Position numbers and translations under genes: made by a program
Notes under the pieces: generated by a model
The model's input: only the letters and a program-made list of their open reading frames with translations
The model's database searches: none
Told to the model about the DNA's origin: nothing
From: Candidatus Iainarchaeum sp.
Lineage (GTDB): Archaea > Iainarchaeota > Iainarchaeia > Iainarchaeales > CSSED10-239
Reading direction: 5' to 3'
Assembly (NCBI GenBank): GCA_037441475.1
Contig: JBBISB010000001.1
Coordinates: forward strand, 6,418 to 38,417
DNA length: 32,000 bases
In this document: positions 8,192 through 16,332 of the stretch, in pieces
Layout of the letters: each line of letters opens with the position of its first letter
Numbering within the stretch: position 1 is the first letter of the stretch

Positions 8192-8198
8192 ATTCTTA

Positions 8199-8213
8199 TT
8201 TCTCGGCCATTTA
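8199..8213 (+). repeat. Direct repeat copy 2: TTTCTCGGCCATTTA
   Basis: Identical to 7417-7431; begins 8 nt after the pseudogene stop. Confidence 0.6.
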
Positions 8214-8281
8214 ACGATTCCAAAACAAATATATAAAATAAAGTAGATTATATATATGTATATTATTAAAAATAGGCAAAT

Positions 8282-10210
8282 ATGAATAAATTTAAAGTAG
8301 TTTCAAAATATTCTCCTGCAGGTGATCAAGGAAAAGCAATTGAAGAGCTATCAGACTCTTTAAATAAAGGAACAAAACTACAAACCCTTAAAGGTGCAAC
8401 TGGAACCGGTAAGACATATGTTATTTCAAAGATTGTTGAAAAACATCAAAAACCAACTCTTGTTCTTACTCATAACAAAACCTTAGCAGCACAGCTTTAC
8501 AGAGAACTAAAAGAACTATTTCCAAACAACAAAGTTGAATATTTTGTATCATATTATGATTATTATCAACCAGAAAGTTATGTTCCTCAAAGAGATTTAT
8601 ATATAGAAAAAAACACAAAAATTAATGAAAAGATAGAAGAATTAAGACTTTCTGCAACAGCATCTATTGCCTCAAGGGAAGACACCATTGTTGTTGTTTC
8701 TGTTTCTTGTATCTATTCTTTAGGAAATCCTGAAAAGTTTAAAGAAATGGGTTTTGAAATTAATCTTGGACAAAATATTTCAAGATTAGAAATTTTAGAA
8801 AAGTTAGTAAATATTCAATATGAAAGAAACGACATGGAACTTTCCCAAGGAAGATTTAGGGTTAAAGGAGATGTTATAGATTTAATCTTAGGATACTCTC
8901 AAAATATTATAAGAATAGAGTTATTTGGAAAAACAATAGATAGGATAACCGAGATTGATAAGATAACTGGAGAGGTTATTTCAAAAATGAATAACTTATA
9001 TGTCTTCCCTGCAAAACACTTTGTTATTGATGAACCTTCAAAAATAAAGGCCTTAGAGTCTATTGAAAAAGAACTAAATGACGTCCTACCTTCTATGGGA
9101 TCTTTAGAAGCTCAAAGGTTAAAACAAAGAACAATGTATGACTTAGAGATGATAAGAGAAGCTGGTTACTGCTCTGGTATTGAAAACTACTCAAGACATT
9201 TTGATGGTAGAAAACCAGGTGAAAGAGCCTACACCTTAATTGATTATTTTCCAAAAGACTTTCTTTTAGTTATTGATGAAAGTCATCAAACCTTACCACA
9301 GTTAAGAGCAATGTATGCTGGGGATTTTTCAAGAAAGAAAAATTTAATTGATTATGGTTTCCGTCTTCCTTCAGCATATGACAACAGACCTTTAAAGTTT
9401 CCAGAATTTGAAAAGAACTTCATGAACAAAGTTATTTTTGTATCAGCAACTCCAGGAGACTATGAACTTTCAAAATCTAAAAAGATCTCTGAACTTATAA
9501 TTAGACCAACAGGTTTAGTTGATCCTCCAATAGAAATAGTAAAATCTGAAGGACAGATAAAGCATTTAATAAATAATATCAATGAAACTATTAAAAAAGG
9601 ATTTAGGGTTTTGGTTACAACCTTAACTAAAAAATTAGCAGAAGAGATTTCTGAGTATTTAGCAGAACAAAATATTAAAACAAGATACCTTCATTCAGAG
9701 ATTAATACTTTAGAAAGATCAGAGATTATTAGAGAATTGCGTTTAGGAAAATTTGATTGTCTTGTAGGTATTAATCTTTTAAGAGAGGGTCTTGATATTC
9801 CTGAGGTTGGTTTGATTGGTATTTTAGATGCTGATAAAGAGGGTTTTTTAAGAGACCAGAGAAGTTTAATACAGATAATTGGAAGAGCTGCAAGAAACAA
9901 AGCCTCAAAAGTTATTCTTTATGCTGATAAAATAACAGATTCTATTAAAAAAGCAGTAGAAGAGACTGATAGGAGAAGAAACATACAGCTTGCATATAAT
10001 AAAAAGAATAACATAACACCTAAGACAATCATTAAGCCTATTGAAGAAAAGCACACAGAGATTAAGGATGTTAAGTCAATACCTAAAAAAGATGTTTCAA
10101 GAATGATAATAGAGCTTGAAAAAGAAATGAGAAAGGCTTCTGATAATCTTGATTTTGAGGCAGCTATAACTTTAAGGGATAAGATAAATATTTTAAAGAC
10201 AAGAAAATAA
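8282..10210 (+). CDS. uvrB: Excinuclease ABC subunit B (UvrB)
   Basis: [24 protein letters not shown], helicase C motifs, C-terminal UVR helix ([18 protein letters not shown]). Confidence 0.95.
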   Translation: MNKFKVVSKYSPAGDQGKAIEELSDSLNKGTKLQTLKGATGTGKTYVISKIVEKHQKPTLVLTHNKTLAAQLYRELKELFPNNKVEYFVSYYDYYQPESYVPQRDLYIEKNTKINEKIEELRLSATASIASREDTIVVVSVSCIYSLGNPEKFKEMGFEINLGQNISRLEILEKLVNIQYERNDMELSQGRFRVKGDVIDLILGYSQNIIRIELFGKTIDRITEIDKITGEVISKMNNLYVFPAKHFVIDEPSKIKALESIEKELNDVLPSMGSLEAQRLKQRTMYDLEMIREAGYCSGIENYSRHFDGRKPGERAYTLIDYFPKDFLLVIDESHQTLPQLRAMYAGDFSRKKNLIDYGFRLPSAYDNRPLKFPEFEKNFMNKVIFVSATPGDYELSKSKKISELIIRPTGLVDPPIEIVKSEGQIKHLINNINETIKKGFRVLVTTLTKKLAEEISEYLAEQNIKTRYLHSEINTLERSEIIRELRLGKFDCLVGINLLREGLDIPEVGLIGILDADKEGFLRDQRSLIQIIGRAARNKASKVILYADKITDSIKKAVEETDRRRNIQLAYNKKNNITPKTIIKPIEEKHTEIKDVKSIPKKDVSRMIIELEKEMRKASDNLDFEAAITLRDKINILKTRK

Positions 10211-10936
10211 TTACTTTCCTTCTAAAACATAATTATAATCCTTATCAAGCTTATATCCTCTTTCAGGAGTAAAATAAACTTCAAAACCAAGCTTTTCTAA
10301 AATTTTTAAAACATTAAAAACAGTTTTTCTATTCTTAACATTACCTTCCATGCTAGCTGCTTTATGTACTAGATATCTTCCAATTTCTGCTCTTTTCTGT
10401 AGTAAATTTTTATTATCTAAAATAGATTTATTAATTTCAGTTACCATATTTTTCATAAAAACAGGATTTATTCTAATAGTGGTATAACCTAAAACCTTTT
10501 TTTCAGGATTAATGATAGCCATTACCTCATAACCATGCTTTGTTCTTGGATACTTAAAGATACTATCTACAAAAAGTCCAAGATCAGGAATTGCATTTCC
10601 TTTATTATTTTTAGGTTTAATAGAGGGATTGTAAAGTTTAAAATAAAATAAACTTCCTTTATCCCTAACATCATTTGTTTTTCCTTTTAAGGCTCTTTTT
10701 TTCCCAATATCTTGAAAAATAAGATCAAACTTTTTATTATTAACAACAGTAAAATGATTTAATCTATCTCCTGAGATGTTATATGATTTTTCTCCAGGAT
10801 GTTTATAAAAAGCTACATCTCTTAGGTTTGTAAGTTGTATGTTTTCTAAGGCTTTAATCTCTGCTATAAACTTATCTTTTCCAATCTTAGGTTTTGGTAT
10901 AATCTTTGGTTTTGCCTTTTTATTACTTGGATTCAT
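10211..10936 (-). CDS. Hypothetical protein, lineage-specific paralog family member P1
   Basis: Shares KPKIIPKPKIGKDKF N-terminus, AIPDLGLFVDSI, VLGYTTIRIN and LGFEVYFTPERGYKLDKDYNYV with the adjacent ORF. Confidence 0.7.
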   Translation of the reverse strand: MNPSNKKAKPKIIPKPKIGKDKFIAEIKALENIQLTNLRDVAFYKHPGEKSYNISGDRLNHFTVVNNKKFDLIFQDIGKKRALKGKTNDVRDKGSLFYFKLYNPSIKPKNNKGNAIPDLGLFVDSIFKYPRTKHGYEVMAIINPEKKVLGYTTIRINPVFMKNMVTEINKSILDNKNLLQKRAEIGRYLVHKAASMEGNVKNRKTVFNVLKILEKLGFEVYFTPERGYKLDKDYNYVLEGK

Positions 10937-11555
10937 TACTTCTCACATAATTAAATCTTTCATCAAGCTTATAGTTTGTTTCTGGTGTGAAAACTATTTT
11001 AATACCAAGACTTGGAAGCATTTCAAAAAGATCTTTTTTATATTCAGCATTTTTCTTACTTTTAGAAGTAAGGTAAGGGTTTATTCTTTTAATAAATTGT
11101 TCAGGAGTTATTTTAATTGCATCAATCTTAATTGTTGTATACCCTATTGGTTTTCCATTTTTAGGTTCGATTACAGATATTATTTGATATTTAATAGTTT
11201 TTTTCCTATCTTTAATAAAAGAAACAATATCTGATAAAGAAGGAAGACTTGTACCATACTCATCTTTCTTAGAGTTCTTTCTAATTATGTGGGTATGAAG
11301 AAGTTGAGATCTATTTTCAAGATTTCTTATTTTTCTTCTTATACTATTTTGTGTTTTTTCATTAAGTAATCTTTCAAGTTTACCAATATCTTTTCCTACA
11401 TGATTTTTTTGTCTATTAATAGAAACATCATGCACACCTTTACCTGGAATTGATAATAACTGCACTTCTTTTTTTCTTATCTCAGCATCAGATATTAAGG
11501 CTTTTTCAAACTTATTTCTACCTATTCTTGATTTTGGATGTATTACTGGCTTCAT
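10923..11555 (-). CDS. Hypothetical protein, paralog family member P2
   Basis: KPVIHPKSRIGRNKF, SLPSLSDIVSFI, PIGYTTIKID, LGIKIVFTPETNYKLDERFNYV; overlaps P1 by 14 nt. Confidence 0.7.
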   Translation of the reverse strand: MKPVIHPKSRIGRNKFEKALISDAEIRKKEVQLLSIPGKGVHDVSINRQKNHVGKDIGKLERLLNEKTQNSIRRKIRNLENRSQLLHTHIIRKNSKKDEYGTSLPSLSDIVSFIKDRKKTIKYQIISVIEPKNGKPIGYTTIKIDAIKITPEQFIKRINPYLTSKSKKNAEYKKDLFEMLPSLGIKIVFTPETNYKLDERFNYVRSNESK

Positions 11556-11719
11556 ATATATATCTTGTAAGGTAAATAGTATTTTAAATATATAAGCTTA
11601 AATTATGGGTATACATAAAAAGTTTGGATTTCTAAGGCTTCTTTTTATAAAGATGTTGTTCTATATTAGATATAACAATCTTAATTTCTTTTTTTAAGAT
11701 ACATAACTGGTGAAATAAT

Positions 11720-12316
11720 ATGCTTGGAAAATATATTGTAGTTGACATAGAAACAACTGGGCTTAATAGAGAAAGAGATCAAATAACTGAGATTGCTGCT
11801 TTAAAAATTGAAGGAAACAGAATTGTTGATAAGTTTGAAACATTAGTAAACCCTTTAATGAAGATACCTGTTGAAATAGTACAATTAACAGGAATTACAG
11901 ATAGTATGGTTAAAGATAAACCAACTATTTTAGAAGTTCTACCTAGTTTTTCACAGTTTATAGGAAATGATATCTTGGTTGCACATAATGCTATCTTTGA
12001 TATTGGTTTTTTAAACTTTAATTATAATAAATATCTAAACAGATCTTTAGATAACAAGAATATATGTACTATGAACCTTGCAAAAAAAATAGTTTCAACA
12101 ATACCAAGTTATAGACTTTCTTCTTTATGTAACTATTTTGATATTAAAAATGAATCTGCACATAGAGCTATGGGTGATGTTCATGCAACCACTAAGCTTT
12201 TTAATAAATTTCAAGCAATAATGCATAATAATGGTTTAAAGGAAGATTATGATATCTTAGGTTTTTATCAAGATCCTTTAGCAAAATTAAATCTTTCTCT
12301 TAATCATCTAATATGA
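11720..12316 (+). CDS. DnaQ/epsilon-like DEDDh 3'-5' exonuclease
   Basis: VVDIETTGL (Exo I), VAHNAIFDIGFL (Exo II), HRAMGDVHAT (Exo III). Confidence 0.8.
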   Translation: MLGKYIVVDIETTGLNRERDQITEIAALKIEGNRIVDKFETLVNPLMKIPVEIVQLTGITDSMVKDKPTILEVLPSFSQFIGNDILVAHNAIFDIGFLNFNYNKYLNRSLDNKNICTMNLAKKIVSTIPSYRLSSLCNYFDIKNESAHRAMGDVHATTKLFNKFQAIMHNNGLKEDYDILGFYQDPLAKLNLSLNHLI

Positions 12317-12337
12317 TTATTTCTAATAAGAATATAT

Positions 12338-13266
12338 ATGGGCAGACAAAAAAGAATTAATGAACTATTAACTTATTTTAAAAAAGAAAAAGATGATTCT
12401 ATTTTTTCTTTAATAGTTAAAAAAACAAATAATGATTTTAATAACTATATTGAACCTTTATTAGATATTTATTGTCCTGAGATTAGAAATGAAAAGTTCT
12501 ATAAAAAATTAGTATTAGGATCAACTGAACTATATGCTCTTGGTTGTTATCTAATTATTTTCTTTTCAGGTAAAAGTTATTCTAAGTATAGGGTTATTTC
12601 TAAGAAAATTAATTTAAATGAAAAGATTTTTCTAAGGTTATTACCCTTAGTTTCAATTTCAAAGGATACTAGAAAAAAATAATTTATGCCTCTGCTTTTG
12701 GAGTCTTAATTGATCATATCTTTGACATTGAATTGAAAAATGAAAAACCTAAAAAAAGAGCAGAGATTGTTAAAAAGTCTTTTTTTAAAGAAAGTAAAGA
12801 AAAAAACAAACTAGCTCTTCTTTCTTACCTTTCATGTCAGCTTGATTAAAAAAGTATTAGTTATTTGAAAAAATGGTGTGATGCTGAAGCAAAAGGACTT
12901 GAAAAAAATAAAAGTGTTAGGGAGTATGGGGTTTTAGGTGCCATTAAACTATTATACTCAATTATTAAAAAAGAAGTTAGTATTAAAAATTATAAACTAA
13001 TGATTGAGATTGCTTATTTTGTACAAATGCTTGATGATTATATAGATGTTGAAGATGATATTAAACTTAAGAAGATAACCCCTGTAATTGAAGGGGAATG
13101 GACAATAGATACAATCATCTCTCAGTATGAAAAATGTGTTTCTTTATCAATAAAAACAGCAAAAGAAAATAATATTTCTCCAAAATACTTTAAGTTAATT
13201 GAAGGAAATATTATGTATTTTGCATATAACCTTGTTAGAAAAATGGCAAACAAGGATACAAACTAA
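12338..13266 (+). pseudogene. Disrupted gene for a soluble class-I isoprenoid-synthase-fold protein (squalene/phytoene-synthase-like motifs)
   Basis: Three in-line pieces: 12338-12682; then frame 1 from 12673 (..IIYASAFGVLIDHIFDIE..) to TAA 12847-12849; then 12865-13266 (..FVQMLDDYIDVEDDIKLKKITPV..). The frameshift lies in an A7 run at 12673-12679. Confidence 0.4.
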
Positions 13267-13478
13267 TTATTTTTTTGTAGTTTTCTTAGGGTTATCTTTA
13301 ATTGGCGCAACTGCCCATAGAACAATGTAAACAACAACTGCTATGCCAAGGCTTATAATAGCTAAGATTACAAAAGCAAGCCTTATTAAAGTTACATCAA
13401 AATCAAAAATTCTGAAAAACCACCAGCAACTCCACCTAAAATTACTTGTTTTGAATTTCTAAAATATTTTTTACTCAT
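13267..13478 (-). pseudogene. PspC-domain small membrane protein with a 1-nt frameshift
   Basis: MSKKYFRNSKQVILGGVAGGFSEF then, in a different frame, DFDVTLIRLAFVILAIISLGIAVVVYIVLWAVAPIKDNPKKTTKK*. Length is 212 nt. The shift is in the A5 run at 13405-13409 (T5 on the coding strand). Confidence 0.6.
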
Positions 13479-13617
13479 ATTTTTTAATCTCCTTAATAGT
13501 TATTTTAAGGAAGGAAAATGTTTATAAGTATATTTAAATATTGTTTTTTCTATATATTATTTATAAAATACAGAAATATTGACCTAAATATAAAAAAGTA
13601 TTAAAATTGAAATAAAT

Positions 13618-14553
13618 ATGGAATATACAAAAGACTTTTTATGGAAAGAAAACTTAACAGTTTCAGAGCTTGTTGAAGGTTACGGAAAAATAGGTTTTCA
13701 AAGTTATGAACTTAAAAGAGCATCTGATCTTTTAGTGAAGATGAAAAAAGAAGGTGCTAAAGTATACTTTTCATTCACATCAAACATGGTTACCTCTGGG
13801 TTAAGAGGTTTTTTTGCACAGGTGATTGAAAAGAAGATGTGTGATGTTATTGTTACAACTGTTGGTTCTATTGAAGAAGATATTATGAAAGCTGACGGAG
13901 ATAAGTTTATTTTAGGTTCCTTCTCTTCAAATGATGAAGAACTTTATGAGAGAGGAGAAAACAGAGTTGGTAATATTTTAATTACTAATGATCAATATCA
14001 AAAGCTTGAAGCAAAGATAAGAGATCTTCTTTTAGATGTTTATAAGGAGAAGAAAGTTTTAACTATCTCAGAACTTTTAAGAGAGATTGGTCTTAGGTTA
14101 AATGATACTTTTTCTATACTTTATCAAGCAGCTAAAAACAATGTTCCTGTCTTTTGTCCTGCAATTACAGATGGTTCCTTTGGTTTTCATCTTCATTTGT
14201 TTAAAGAGGAACATAAGGATTTCAATATAGATATTATAGATGATTTTAAAAATATTATTTTTTCAACATCACATGATGAAAAAAAAGGAATTGTCTCTCT
14301 TGGTGGTGGTGTTTCAAAGCACCATGTAATCTTAACTACATTAATTAATGGTGGGGCTGATTATGCTCTTTACATGACAACAGCATCTCCTCGTTCAGGA
14401 AGTCTTTCTGGAGCTACAACTGATGAAGCTAAGTCCTGGGGTAAGATAAAAGATAATTCAGATGCTGTAACTGTTATTGGAGATGTCACAATTACTTTTC
14501 CAATAGCTATGGTTTCTGCCTTAGATACTCTAAGTAAAGAAGGAGTTATATAG
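13618..14553 (+). CDS. dys: Deoxyhypusine synthase
   Basis: Full-length match in pattern: SLGGGVSKHH, TDEAKSWGKIK (catalytic Lys region), 311 aa. Confidence 0.9.
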   Translation: MEYTKDFLWKENLTVSELVEGYGKIGFQSYELKRASDLLVKMKKEGAKVYFSFTSNMVTSGLRGFFAQVIEKKMCDVIVTTVGSIEEDIMKADGDKFILGSFSSNDEELYERGENRVGNILITNDQYQKLEAKIRDLLLDVYKEKKVLTISELLREIGLRLNDTFSILYQAAKNNVPVFCPAITDGSFGFHLHLFKEEHKDFNIDIIDDFKNIIFSTSHDEKKGIVSLGGGVSKHHVILTTLINGGADYALYMTTASPRSGSLSGATTDEAKSWGKIKDNSDAVTVIGDVTITFPIAMVSALDTLSKEGVI

Positions 14554-14554
14554 G

Positions 14555-15172
14555 ATGATTAGAAAGAACTTTTTAAAAATAAAAGAAAAGGTTAGAAGTG
14601 TAAATCATTTTAGAAAAAAAGAAAGTATTTATTCAAGATTAGATGAAAGATATAAAAGTTTAAAAATAGAATATTTACCCGAAATACCTTCTAAACTTGA
14701 ACTAAAAAGGTATATTGAAAAAAATAAGTTTGTTGTTTTTTTAGGAAATAAAACTAGAGACTCAATTGTTGGAAAGTTAAAATATGTTTCGTTTTTATCT
14801 TTTATTGAAAAAGATGGAATTCATTTTTTAAGTTCATCCTTTAATCCAGAACATAAAAATTCTCTTAGAAACTTATATGATATTAAAAAATATACTGAAT
14901 TTTTAGTTAAATTTTCACGAAAAAATGGAATTAAAAAAATTAAAACAGAAAGTTGGCTTTTTGAAGAATTAAAGGGTTTTGATAAGTATATTGGGGGTTT
15001 TAAACCTGTTAACTTAACTGAACTTACATCGTATAAACAAAAGTTAAAAGAGAATAATGTTAAAAAAGTATTATCTTATGATTTTAATAATAATGTTTTA
15101 GTTTGTTTTACAAAAGAAGGGAAAGAGATTGAAATAATAACAAAACTTCCTTCTTATGTTTTAAAAGTGTGA
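14555..15172 (+). CDS. Hypothetical protein embedded in the hypusine/polyamine operon
   Basis: Starts 1 nt after the dys stop and ends 7 nt before the decarboxylase start. No recognised motif; the middle is weakly GNAT-like (my impression only). Confidence 0.6.
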   Translation: MIRKNFLKIKEKVRSVNHFRKKESIYSRLDERYKSLKIEYLPEIPSKLELKRYIEKNKFVVFLGNKTRDSIVGKLKYVSFLSFIEKDGIHFLSSSFNPEHKNSLRNLYDIKKYTEFLVKFSRKNGIKKIKTESWLFEELKGFDKYIGGFKPVNLTELTSYKQKLKENNVKKVLSYDFNNNVLVCFTKEGKEIEIITKLPSYVLKV

Positions 15173-15179
15173 TTAAGAA

Positions 15180-16226
15180 ATGAAATCAAATGCAAAATTT
15201 ATATTTTCTAAGAAAAAAGTCTTAGAAGAGTTTAAAAAGATTGAAAGTATATCTGATGTTATTTGTTATAGTGTTAAATCAAACCCTTATATTACTACTA
15301 TTCTTGAAGAAAATACCTCTTCTAATTTTTTAATACATCATACAAATGAATTGGAAAAAATAACTGATAAAAAAAAGATTTGGTATATGCTTCACTCTCC
15401 TGATAAAGAAGAAACATCCTTAATCTTTAGAGAAGGTATTAATAAGTTTATTGTTGATAATAAAAATGATTTAGATTTTCTTTTAAAAGAGATTAAAGAA
15501 AATAAGTATAAGATAACTTTACTTTTAAGAATGAGGCTTAAAGAGTACACTGTTGTTACTGGTAAATATTTTGTTTATGGTTTTTATTCAAAAGAGATAA
15601 ATCAGGTAATAAAAGAAATTAAAGAAGAACCTTTAATAGAGAAGGTTGGTGTTCATTTTCATAGAAAAACACAAAACCTTTCAGAATGGTCTTTAATAGA
15701 AGAAATATCTTCCTCTTTAGAAAAAAAAACTCTAGAAAGAATAGATTTCTTGGACATCGGAGGAGGACTTCCTGTTGTTTATAAAAATATTAATCCTAAG
15801 ACAATAGATGTTATTTATGAAAAAATAAAAGAATTAAAAGTATTTTTAAACAAACAAAATATTAAACTTTTAACTGAGCCTGGAAGAAGTATAGCTGCAC
15901 CTTCTGGTAAGTTAATTACAACTATTAAAAACATTGTTGATGATACAATATTCATTGACGCTTCTTTATTTAATTGTTCAATGGATACTTTAGTTACCCA
16001 TGTTAAACTATTAGTTGAAGGTGAAAATGAAAAAGATATAGGTAAAGCCTACACCATTAAGGGTTTAACTCCTGCCTCTGAAGACATCTTTAGGTACAGG
16101 GTTTATTTTAAGGAAGGTTATGTTCCTAAGATTAATGATAAAATAACTTTCTTAAATGCAGGAGCATATATCTATTACACAGACCTTTTTAACTTAGAAA
16201 GACCAAAAATAGAGTTTGAAGAATAA
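15180..16226 (+). CDS. Fold-type III PLP decarboxylase (Orn/DAP/Arg decarboxylase family), short form
   Basis: YSVKSNP (PLP Lys), DIGGGLP, EPGRSIAAP, LNAGAY; 348 aa. Confidence 0.75.
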   Translation: MKSNAKFIFSKKKVLEEFKKIESISDVICYSVKSNPYITTILEENTSSNFLIHHTNELEKITDKKKIWYMLHSPDKEETSLIFREGINKFIVDNKNDLDFLLKEIKENKYKITLLLRMRLKEYTVVTGKYFVYGFYSKEINQVIKEIKEEPLIEKVGVHFHRKTQNLSEWSLIEEISSSLEKKTLERIDFLDIGGGLPVVYKNINPKTIDVIYEKIKELKVFLNKQNIKLLTEPGRSIAAPSGKLITTIKNIVDDTIFIDASLFNCSMDTLVTHVKLLVEGENEKDIGKAYTIKGLTPASEDIFRYRVYFKEGYVPKINDKITFLNAGAYIYYTDLFNLERPKIEFEE

Positions 16227-16332
16227 AAATTTGCTTTTTAAACTATTTGTTTAATATATATATATCGTTTTATAATATATTTTAATAAATATAGCAATAA
16301 AAAATAATAAAATACAAAAAGGAAAATTAAAT

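Noticed and set aside
10839-11234. 131-aa plus-strand ORF, and similar antisense ORFs (560-943, 1430-1630, 4247-4462, 5363-5551, 9691-9900, 16251-16469, 16737-16934, 18068-18268, 19513-19902, 20080-20304, 20576-20797, 21637-21909, 21830-22111, 27248-27451, 29626-29919, 30643-30969)
   Set aside because: Each is nested opposite a longer ORF with clear homology or family support. Their low-complexity F/L/I/S-rich translations are typical of antisense frames in AT-rich DNA.
11605-11697. 30-codon ORF (MGIHKKFGFLRLLFIKMLFYIRYNNLNFFF) in the divergent intergenic region
   Set aside because: It has no SD and a low-complexity hydrophobic translation, and it sits in what is more plausibly the shared promoter region of the P2 and exonuclease genes.
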